Shown: in pieces, positions 47,452-55,512 of the stretch
Layout of the letters: each line of letters starts with the position of its first letter
Numbering within the stretch: position 1 is the stretch's first letter
Assembly (NCBI GenBank): GCA_963717985.1
Contig: CAVQYC010000005.1
Coordinates: 148,508 to 212,507, forward strand
Reading direction: 5' to 3'
Length of the DNA stretch: 64,000 nucleotides
DNA from: an uncultured delta proteobacterium
GTDB taxonomy: Bacteria; Desulfobacterota; Syntrophorhabdia; Syntrophorhabdales; WCHB1-27
Made by a program: the position numbers and the translations under genes
Notes under the pieces: generated by a model
Seen by the model: only the letters and a program-made list of their open reading frames with translations
Told to the model about the DNA's origin: nothing
Databases searched by the model: none

Positions 47452-48783
47452 ATGAACGTCCGCCTGCTCATCGGTTGCGTGCTCGTTTCGATGCTTTTGC
47501 TTGTCCCTTCGGCGGGATCTGCCCAGACGCAAAACAAGTTTAAGTTGAAGCCCGACGCGAGCGGGAAAGGGTGTCTCAACTGCCACGACGATTTTAAGAA
47601 TACCCTGAAAAGACAATTTGTACACACCCCGGTCAGGACCGGGCAGTGTACGGGATGTCACGACCCCCACACGTCTTCCCACGGAAAGCTGCTCGAGGAT
47701 GAGCCGGGCAAAATCTGCCTCAAGTGTCACAGGGCCATGATCCCGGAGAAGGCGCGGAGTGTCCACAAGGTGGTGTCGGAAGGAAACTGCGTGAGATGCC
47801 ACGATCCCCACGGCGCAGCGAACAAGTTTAATCTCCTGAAAGCTGGTAATGGCCTGTGTCTCGACTGTCACAAGGAGATGGGCGCCAAGCTCGCCAAGGT
47901 GAAATTCAAACACAATCCGGTGGAGAAGGGCTGCGTCACGTGCCATGACCCTCATGCCTCGGTGAAGTCGGACCATCTCCTCAAAAGTGATACGGTCGCC
48001 CTCTGCCTCAACTGCCACAAGGCCAACGGCCCGGCTTTTGCGAAAGCGCACATGGGTTATCCTGTAGCTGCCGCCCGCTGCACCCAGTGTCACGACCCAC
48101 ATGGCTCGAACAGGGGCGGTATGCTTTTCGATAACGTCCACTCTCCCGTCGAAAAGAGGATGTGCGGCCAGTGTCACGAAGCGCCCACCTCTTCGACCCC
48201 TTTGAAGATCAAGAAGACCGCCTTTGAGCTCTGCCGCGGGTGCCACAGCACGATGATGAACGAAACCTTCGGCAAGAAGCACATCCACTGGCCGCTGCTG
48301 GGCAAGAATGGCTGCCTGAACTGCCACCAAGCCCACGCTTCCCCTAACAAGGGCCTTCTCAACGGGGATAGCAAAACCGTCTGCGGCAGGTGCCATGGCG
48401 ATACGATGGCGGTGCAGCAGAAGCTTGCCGTGAAAGAGAAGCAGGAGGCCGCTGCCGCTGAAAAAGGACAGGTGATCAAGGGGGCCTTGACGCACGTTCC
48501 CGTGCAGGAAGGCAACTGCTTCGCCTGCCATTCCCCGCACGCGTCGGACCGTACTCTGCTGCTGAAGGGGCCTGATAATGTCGAGCTGTGCGGGACCTGC
48601 CACGACTGGCTTAAACACACGAGCCACCCCATGGGAGAAAAGACCCTCGACTTGCGAAACAAAAACCTGAAAGTGGACTGTCTGAGCTGCCACAGATCGC
48701 ACGGAACGGGATACCGCTATATTATCCCCTTCCCTACCGTTACCGATCTTTGCGTCCAGTGCCACAAACAATACAAGAGGTGA
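47452..48783 (+). CDS. 16-heme periplasmic cytochrome c
   Basis: Signal peptide; 16 CxxCH counted. Confidence 0.9.
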   Translation: MNVRLLIGCVLVSMLLLVPSAGSAQTQNKFKLKPDASGKGCLNCHDDFKNTLKRQFVHTPVRTGQCTGCHDPHTSSHGKLLEDEPGKICLKCHRAMIPEKARSVHKVVSEGNCVRCHDPHGAANKFNLLKAGNGLCLDCHKEMGAKLAKVKFKHNPVEKGCVTCHDPHASVKSDHLLKSDTVALCLNCHKANGPAFAKAHMGYPVAAARCTQCHDPHGSNRGGMLFDNVHSPVEKRMCGQCHEAPTSSTPLKIKKTAFELCRGCHSTMMNETFGKKHIHWPLLGKNGCLNCHQAHASPNKGLLNGDSKTVCGRCHGDTMAVQQKLAVKEKQEAAAAEKGQVIKGALTHVPVQEGNCFACHSPHASDRTLLLKGPDNVELCGTCHDWLKHTSHPMGEKTLDLRNKNLKVDCLSCHRSHGTGYRYIIPFPTVTDLCVQCHKQYKR

Positions 48784-48790
48784 TGACGCC

Positions 48791-49696
48791 ATGGCGATTC
48801 TGCCGAGAGCCCTTCTCATAGTAGCCCTTCTCTCCGTTCCTCTCCTTTTGCCGGCAGCGGAAACAGCGAAGTTGCGGTATGTCCAGTCAGTCTACCAGGA
48901 CGACAAGGGTATCGGTATGGACCATCCCGAAGGAGTGGCCTGCAGTGAAAAATATGGTGTGGTGGTGGGAGATACGGGAAACGACCGCCTTGTGAGATAT
49001 GCCTTCCAGGACCACACCCTCAAGGCCGGCACTGAGATCAGGATTCCCCAGTTGTCGCAGCCCGTGCGTATTCAGGTCACCTCCAAAGGGGATATTCTCG
49101 CCCTGGACGGCAAACAGCGGCGCATCGTGCGCCTTGGCGCTGATGGGGCCTTCAAGGGCTACGTGACCGCCGAAGGAGCGCCTGGCGGCTCGGCTGTTGC
49201 GCCCAGAAGCTTTAAGATTGACAGGGACGACAATATCTACGTCCTTGACATATTCTCTGCCCGGGTACTCCTCCTCAATCCGGACGGGAAATACCGGACG
49301 GAGATTGCATTCCCTAAGGATTACGGGTTTTTCTCCGATCTTGCAGTCGATCCTAAAGGCACGATCCTGTTGATCGACTCTGTGAGAGCAGTGGTGCTTT
49401 CCGCTGCCAAAAACGCGAACGTTTTTTCCCCCTTAGGCGGCCTTCTCAAGGAATACCTGACCTTCCCTGTAAGCCTCACCACCGACAGCCGTGGAACAAT
49501 CTACATTACGGACGCCAACGGAGGGGATATCGGGATTATGGCTCATGACGGCTCCTTTCTCGGTAAGCAGTTGGGCATGGGATGGAGCGAGGGTCTCCTT
49601 TACTATCCCTCCCAGGTGTGTATTTATGAAAATGGAGAAGTTTTCATTGCCGACAGAGGCAATAGTCGGGTTCAGGAATTTACCCTGGTTAAGTAG
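48791..49696 (+). CDS. NHL-repeat beta-propeller protein
   Basis: PEGVA..VGDTGNDRL and VFIADRGNSRVQ repeats; signal peptide. Confidence 0.85.
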   Translation: MAILPRALLIVALLSVPLLLPAAETAKLRYVQSVYQDDKGIGMDHPEGVACSEKYGVVVGDTGNDRLVRYAFQDHTLKAGTEIRIPQLSQPVRIQVTSKGDILALDGKQRRIVRLGADGAFKGYVTAEGAPGGSAVAPRSFKIDRDDNIYVLDIFSARVLLLNPDGKYRTEIAFPKDYGFFSDLAVDPKGTILLIDSVRAVVLSAAKNANVFSPLGGLLKEYLTFPVSLTTDSRGTIYITDANGGDIGIMAHDGSFLGKQLGMGWSEGLLYYPSQVCIYENGEVFIADRGNSRVQEFTLVK

Positions 49697-49745
49697 AACG
49701 GCTGGCGCCCTTGGGGGGCGAGCCAGGAGAAGGAGGGCGGGACAT

Positions 49746-50156
49746 ATGGCAGGAAAGGGTCTCTGGCTTCAGAGCATCGTCCTGGGTGTCGTTCTGCTCA
49801 TGGCAACGGGGGCAGGGTATGCGTTCGACGGGAATGACGTGTTGAAAGTCAAGACAACGAAGCGGTGCAGGAGCTGCGACCTCTACGCGGCAGACCTCGC
49901 GGGCGCCAATCTCGCGGGCGCGGACCTCAATGGCGCCAACCTCGCGGCTGCAGACCTTTCGGGCGCCAACCTCGCGGGCGCGTACCTGTTCCATGCTAAC
50001 CTTTCGGGCGCCAATCTCGCGGGCGCAGACCTCGCGGCTGCAAAGCTCGCCGACGCGAAGCTCGCCGGTGCCAACCTCAATAGCGCGAGGCTCGCCGGTG
50101 CCCTATGGACGGACGGCCGTACGTGCGGACCCGGCTCCATAGGCGAGTGCCAATAG
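49746..50156 (+). CDS. Secreted pentapeptide repeat protein
   Basis: CRSCDL followed by A(D/N)Lxx repeats and WTDGRTC..SIGEC end. Confidence 0.85.
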   Translation: MAGKGLWLQSIVLGVVLLMATGAGYAFDGNDVLKVKTTKRCRSCDLYAADLAGANLAGADLNGANLAAADLSGANLAGAYLFHANLSGANLAGADLAAAKLADAKLAGANLNSARLAGALWTDGRTCGPGSIGECQ

Positions 50157-50203
50157 AGCATTTTGCATTGGAGACGCCCTTTAGGCCCAAGGGCCGGGCT
50201 ATG

Positions 50204-51118
50204 TTACTCTCCGGCGCTCAATCCCGTTCCCCGTGCCCGTCTCAGACCTTCCAGGAGGCGCGTCACGAGCCGGTCCGCGTCTTGCCTGGGACCTTCCATG
50301 CACTCCTTGAAGATGATCGTGCCGTCGTCGCCGCCGAACACGGCCCTGAGCGTTACACGGTCGCCCGAGAGCCTGGCGTTGACGCCGAGGGGCACGCTGC
50401 AGCCCCCGCCCACGCCGGTCTGGAAGGCGCGCTCCAGCCCGACCTCGAACCGGGTCGTGCCATCGTTGAGGGGACCCACCATATCGGCCGCATCGTCCTC
50501 AGCCCTCGTTTCGATGCCGATGGCCCCCTGGCCGCTCGGGGGAATCATGACATCGAAGGGGATCATTTCCGTGACGCGGTCTTCCAGGCCCATCCTCCTG
50601 ATACCTGCATAGGCGAGGATTATGCCGTCCAGGTTCTGGGCCTCGAGCTTCTTCATCCTCGTATCCACGTTGCCTCTTAAAGGGACGATCTCCAGGTCCG
50701 GCCTCGCGGCGAGGAGCTGCGCCTTTCTGCGCATACTGCTCGTGCCGATCCTTGCCCCCTGAGGCGTATCGGCAAGACGTGCGTACTTCAGGGAGACGAA
50801 CGTATCATGAGGGTCAACCCTCGGGAGCATGGCGCTTATGGAGAGGCCGCCCGCCAGGTCCGTAGGCAGGTCTTTCATGCTGTGAACGGCCAGATCGACA
50901 TCATTCCGCACGAGCGCCTCCTCTATCTCCTTGATGAAGAGACCTTTCTCCCCGATAAGGTAGAGAGGGGTGTCCCACACGGAATCGCCGGTGGTCTTTA
51001 TGATGCGCGTTTCAAAGTCGAATGACGGATAGAGCGCCTGCAGTTCCCCAATGACCATCTCCGTCTGGGTGAGGGCAAGCTTACTCCCCCTCGTCCCTAC
51101 TATCCAATGCTTTTTCAT
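50204..51118 (-). CDS. hemC: Hydroxymethylbilane synthase
   Basis: GTRGSKLALTQ, KGLFIKEIE, AVHSMKD, GTSSMRR, LRGNVDTR and GGGCSVP motifs. Confidence 0.97.
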   Translation of the reverse strand: MKKHWIVGTRGSKLALTQTEMVIGELQALYPSFDFETRIIKTTGDSVWDTPLYLIGEKGLFIKEIEEALVRNDVDLAVHSMKDLPTDLAGGLSISAMLPRVDPHDTFVSLKYARLADTPQGARIGTSSMRRKAQLLAARPDLEIVPLRGNVDTRMKKLEAQNLDGIILAYAGIRRMGLEDRVTEMIPFDVMIPPSGQGAIGIETRAEDDAADMVGPLNDGTTRFEVGLERAFQTGVGGGCSVPLGVNARLSGDRVTLRAVFGGDDGTIIFKECMEGPRQDADRLVTRLLEGLRRARGTGLSAGE

Positions 51119-51210
51119 TTTCCTCCCCATAGAGAAACAGACTTCTTATGATATCCAATACCGCTCCATAACCATAATGGTTAACGGTGTGCGCAGGCAT
51201 GGCGCCGTCA

Positions 51211-52647
51211 TCATGGACCGGCGGGAGGGAGGAGGACCCTGAATATCGTTCCTCCTCCCGGATTCTCGTCCGCAGAGATGGTTCCTCCGTGGGCCTCTAC
51301 AAACCGTTTGGTCACGGCCAGGCCCAAACCGGTGCCTTTATGCTTGGTGGTAAAAAAGGGCACGAAGAGTTTTTCTCGTACGGTCCCATCGATCCCTTTT
51401 CCCGTGTCGCGGATCTCGATCCTAAGCCCTCCGCCGGGTTCGGCAAAGGTCCACACCGTCAAGGTGCCGCCGCCGGGCATGGCCTCCAGGGCATTCATGA
51501 AAAGGTTGAGGAACACTTGCTGCATTTGCCCCGGGTCGGCCAGGGTCGGGGGGAGGTCGGGATCGAAATCTTTCACGACTATGACGTCCCGGGGGCCGCT
51601 CGGCCCGACGGACGCGTAGGGAAGGGAGAAGGCGATGGTGGATTCCAGGACCATATTCATATCGACCGGCACCAACTGGGGTTTGGGCGGCTTGGCGAAA
51701 TTGAGGAGACTCTTCATCAAGCCTTCGATTCCCATGACGGCATCCAGTACCTTCAAAAGGACGACCCTGCCTTCCTCCTCGCAGCTTTCCTGTTCCAGGA
51801 GCACCTGCATGGAAGCCTTGATCCCCGTGAGAGGGTTCTTGATCTCGTGGACAAGGCCCGCCGCGATCTCCCCCACCACTTTCATCTGTTCGGCCCGCTG
51901 TAGGTTCTGCATGTGCTCGTTCAGGGATTTGGCCATTTCATTGAAGGATGCCGCCACCTCTCCGAATTCATACCTGAGACCCTGAATCCTGAATTCGAGA
52001 TCTCCGTTTTTTACCTTTCGGGTCGCCCGAAGGAGCTCGTTGAGCGGTTTGGTGATACCCCGGATGAAAATGACCGCCAGCCCGACGGCAAATACAGGTC
52101 CGGCCGCAATGAGGACGAAGAGCAGGTTCTTCATCTCCCCTATCCTTTTGAGGGAGGATGCGGTCTTCTTCTCCAACCGGCTCCGGGTGAGAAGTGTCAT
52201 GGAATCGAGCTGGCTTATGAGCTCCCTGCCCGCCCGGAAGGCCCCGTCTTCCTCATATATGAGCCGGGAGGGGCTCGCCCTCACGGTCAGGACGCGGCTA
52301 AGGGCTTCTTCGTACGACTGGATCCGGTTTTTCAGCTCGGCAATTCTCTTTGTCGTTTCCGGCGAGTGGTGACACGTGGAGCACCTTTTTGCTACGCCGG
52401 CCATATGAACCACATTCGCAACGACGGTGTCCGATTTGCTGGCGTAGCGCGTGTTTTGGAAGGCAAAGTCGGACAGGGTCAGCTTCGTGTCGCTCAACAA
52501 CTGTTCTCTAAGGATTTCCACCTGGTGGAGCTTGATGAGGTCGTTCAGGGTAGAAGTTGTTTTCTGTATGGCGCCGATGATATAGATCCCGCCGAGGAAG
52601 AAAATCGAGGTGAAGCAGGCGAGGCCTATGATGATTCTTCGTTTCAC
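51211..52647 (-). CDS. Membrane sensor histidine kinase with periplasmic CxxCH and HAMP domain
   Basis: Two TMs flanking CSTCH; HEIKNPL H-box; NLFMNA, DTGKG and GTGLGL boxes. Confidence 0.9.
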   Translation of the reverse strand: MKRRIIIGLACFTSIFFLGGIYIIGAIQKTTSTLNDLIKLHQVEILREQLLSDTKLTLSDFAFQNTRYASKSDTVVANVVHMAGVAKRCSTCHHSPETTKRIAELKNRIQSYEEALSRVLTVRASPSRLIYEEDGAFRAGRELISQLDSMTLLTRSRLEKKTASSLKRIGEMKNLLFVLIAAGPVFAVGLAVIFIRGITKPLNELLRATRKVKNGDLEFRIQGLRYEFGEVAASFNEMAKSLNEHMQNLQRAEQMKVVGEIAAGLVHEIKNPLTGIKASMQVLLEQESCEEEGRVVLLKVLDAVMGIEGLMKSLLNFAKPPKPQLVPVDMNMVLESTIAFSLPYASVGPSGPRDVIVVKDFDPDLPPTLADPGQMQQVFLNLFMNALEAMPGGGTLTVWTFAEPGGGLRIEIRDTGKGIDGTVREKLFVPFFTTKHKGTGLGLAVTKRFVEAHGGTISADENPGGGTIFRVLLPPAGP

Positions 52648-53579
52648 TATTCGTCCGGATAGCGGTAGTGCTTAGGACTACACCCTATTTGACGGAGGTA
52701 GCCGACAACGGGCTCATAGTCCGCGTCGGTGGTCGGGACGAACCTCCGTGCGCCAAGGTCCCTGAGAATCGTGAGGCCCAAGGGATCGCTGTGCATCCGT
52801 AGGAGGGTGTCGCGGATGGCCGTGCCCACCTGAGGATCCAGATCCTTCCTCACTGCCAGGGCAGTCTCCGGCAGGTCGGGGGACCTCGTGAGAATCTTCA
52901 GCTCCCTGCCGATTCTCGGGTCCGCACCCGCCAGCCGCCAGAATATGGTATTCTTGGCCGCACCGATATCCGCCTTTCCGTTGAGCACATCATATATGGC
53001 GTCCTCGTGGGTGCCCGTAAAGTAGGTCTCCGCGAAGTAGCTCTTATAATCCTTGACGCCGTGGCTGCGGAGGTAGACGAGGGGGAGAAGGAAACCGGCA
53101 GCAGTGGCCGGGTCCACGAAGGCGAATCGCTTTCCCCGCATTTCGGTCACATGATTGATCCCGCTGCCCTTTCGGACAAAGATCAGCCCGTGGTAGAGGG
53201 ACGAGCCGTTCTGGTCCTCGGGTCGGACGAGGACCCTGACTCCTATCCGTTCACGGGCCAGGACGTAGGCGAGGCTTCCGAAGAAGGCGCCGTCCATTCC
53301 CGAGGAAACAAAATCGTCAATGGCTTTTCCGTAGCTCATGAAGACTTTTAACCTTACGTCGAGACCGGTCTTTTCCGAAAGATACTCGGCAAGCGGGGCA
53401 TAGCGCTCCATCTGTTTGAAGACGTTCCGCTCAGGGGTCAGGCCGATCGTGAAAGGTCTCCGGGTGCCCTCGCCCGAGAGGGTGTCCGCCCTGGCCCCGG
53501 CCGCGAGCACCACGATCCCGAGAACAAAGACGATGAAAACGGCCTTCGTTGGTCGCACCCCCATCCGCTCTCCTGTCAC
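52647..53579 (-). CDS. PhnD-like periplasmic binding protein associated with the kinase
   Basis: GKRFAFVDPATAAGFLLP and FTGTHEDAI..VLNGKADIGA; stop overlaps the kinase start; no ABC permease nearby. Confidence 0.85.
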   Translation of the reverse strand: MTGERMGVRPTKAVFIVFVLGIVVLAAGARADTLSGEGTRRPFTIGLTPERNVFKQMERYAPLAEYLSEKTGLDVRLKVFMSYGKAIDDFVSSGMDGAFFGSLAYVLARERIGVRVLVRPEDQNGSSLYHGLIFVRKGSGINHVTEMRGKRFAFVDPATAAGFLLPLVYLRSHGVKDYKSYFAETYFTGTHEDAIYDVLNGKADIGAAKNTIFWRLAGADPRIGRELKILTRSPDLPETALAVRKDLDPQVGTAIRDTLLRMHSDPLGLTILRDLGARRFVPTTDADYEPVVGYLRQIGCSPKHYRYPDE

Positions 53580-53976
53580 CTAAGGCATTGCGTGGCGAGA
53601 CCAGACTTCCGAACACGGCTGTTGGCAAGAACAAACTTCCGATAGCTTTCCCAAGGCCGCACTCCGTTTAGTGAAAGGAGACCAGGATAGAGCACTCAGG
53701 ACCCTTCTTTTGAAACATAAGCATAGTTAATGATCATTTTCTCTCCTGTTTGTCAAGACTCATAGAAAACAGCTCAGGGCTGACATTCGGTATGACAAGC
53801 CGGGTTAAGAGCGGTTGTTATCATCTGCCTGAGCACCATGAGTGAGAGAAAACTCTCAGGTAGAGCGTGAAAACCACCAATGCGGCCGGTCGCCCGGCGC
53901 GTTGTTTCGTCCGAAAGCCCTTACGGCCCTGTATGTCTTCACGAGCTAAGGGCTCTGTTTCCGGAGGCAAATGCTC

Positions 53977-53992
53977 CGGCACGACCATTGCA
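53977..53992 (+). promoter_or_regulatory. Sigma54 (-24/-12) promoter
   Basis: CGGCACGACCATTGCA with GG-N10-GC spacing, about 30 bp upstream of the receiver gene. Confidence 0.7.
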
Positions 53993-54021
53993 TATTCAGT
54001 TGGAAAGACCAGAGATCTTTT

Positions 54022-54402
54022 ATGGAAAAAGCAGTGATTCAGCCACAAAAGGTGCTTATTGTCGACGACGAATATTTGATCCGATGGGCCCTCGCCCAAT
54101 CCCTGTCGGAGGCGGGATACGAAGTAACCGCTGTGGAAGACGGGTGGAAGGCGCTCGAAACCGCGCAAAAGGAGAGCTTCGACTTCGTGGTGACCGACCT
54201 CGCCATGCCCGGACTCGATGGATGGCAGTTGCTCGAGATGCTTTTGCAGATCCACACGCCGCCTCGTGTTATCGTAATCACCTCCGAAGTGGAAGAAAAC
54301 TGCCAGGGAAAGGTGAAGGAGCGGGGAGGATGCGCCTACGTCGAGAAGGATCGTCTTATCCCTGGGGTCTGGGAGGCATTGAAGGCCGCATCCGGCGAAT
54401 AA
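54022..54402 (+). CDS. Single-domain response regulator
   Basis: VLIVDDE, VTDLAMPGLDG, VITS and YVEK motifs. Confidence 0.85.
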   Translation: MEKAVIQPQKVLIVDDEYLIRWALAQSLSEAGYEVTAVEDGWKALETAQKESFDFVVTDLAMPGLDGWQLLEMLLQIHTPPRVIVITSEVEENCQGKVKERGGCAYVEKDRLIPGVWEALKAASGE

Positions 54403-54552
54403 ACCTCATCACATAATTCCGCCTAAGAAACGCGTTCCAGCCCCTCCCGCATCCACGCCGGCAGTATCCATCGGCAGACGCCGGAGGAGGGAATTCTTCA
54501 GAGCCCATGCCTCGATATGGGACGAGCAATCTTTATGCCTGCCTTCGACCCG

Positions 54553-55398
54553 CTAGACGTTTCCCGGTTTTCCATTAACCAGTATGGCCGGGGAGAAAAT
54601 GATCCTCTCGAAGGTCCGGTTGAGGCTGTTGCTATGAAAATTCTCCATGGGCGGGGCATCCGGGAACTCCACATTGTCGCCGGGTTTCACCTTTGTCTCC
54701 GTCACGGCAGCCCAGAGCTTTTTGCCGTTCTCCTCCACCTCGATATAGGTGTACCCGGCGGCGTTCATCGTTGCTACGACCCTTCCTTTGTGGGCTGTGC
54801 CGGCGTTCATCCCATGAGGCATCAACCCTCCGTGGGGGTTGGCCACAGACGCACTCCCCGGCTGGGTCATGGCGGCGCCGGCGGGGACTTCCTCAACCTT
54901 CAAGCCCGCGTGGGGGTTGGCTGCGGAGGCTCTCCCGGGCTGGACTACGGCGGTCTGCATCTTCCCGTTGACCGCCACTATGGGGGAGAAAATTATACTC
55001 TCGAAGGTCCGGTCGAGGCTTTTACTGTAAAAGTTCTTCATGGGTGGAAGGTCCGGTATTTCGACCATGTCCCCCTGCTTAACCTTAGTTCGCATCACGG
55101 CAGCCCAGAGCTTTTTGCCGTTCTCCTCCATCTCGATATACGTGTACCCGGCAGCATCCACGGTTGAGACGACCCTGCCCGCGTGAGGCGGGCGGATGGA
55201 GGCTTCCGGAGTCTGAGGCGCGAGGCCCGCGTGCGGATTGCTTTCGGAGGCGTTTCCGGGACCGGACGCGCCGACCTGCGTCCCGGACCCGGGTATCGTG
55301 CCCTGCGGGGCCATGCCTTCCTGGTTTTTCGGCTTTTCCTTACAGCAGACTAGTGCGAAGGCGGCGACCGCCACCAGTGCAATTATCGTTTTTTTCAT
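54553..55398 (-). CDS. Lipoprotein with two tandem NrfJ-like domains
   Basis: ALVCC lipobox-like; GRVV.T..AAGYTYIE.EENGKKLWAAV..M.NF.S.SL.RTFE.IIFS repeated twice; three NPH(A/G)G linker motifs. Confidence 0.7.
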   Translation of the reverse strand: MKKTIIALVAVAAFALVCCKEKPKNQEGMAPQGTIPGSGTQVGASGPGNASESNPHAGLAPQTPEASIRPPHAGRVVSTVDAAGYTYIEMEENGKKLWAAVMRTKVKQGDMVEIPDLPPMKNFYSKSLDRTFESIIFSPIVAVNGKMQTAVVQPGRASAANPHAGLKVEEVPAGAAMTQPGSASVANPHGGLMPHGMNAGTAHKGRVVATMNAAGYTYIEVEENGKKLWAAVTETKVKPGDNVEFPDAPPMENFHSNSLNRTFERIIFSPAILVNGKPGNV

Positions 55399-55512
55399 GT
55401 GTTCCCCCTTTTTTGCGCAAGTGAACGTGAAAATAGCATATTTCCCCGACCGATACAACCGGCCCAGACCCTTGTGCCCGCTTTCGGCGGACCATGGAAC
55501 TTGAGACGGCCG

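Noticed and set aside
49880-50100. 15-bp periodic repeats resembling a CRISPR or tandem array
   Set aside because: They encode pentapeptide repeats; there are no unique spacers and no cas genes
52647-53579. Phosphonate ABC transporter operon
   Set aside because: No ATPase or permease nearby; the gene is coupled to a kinase instead
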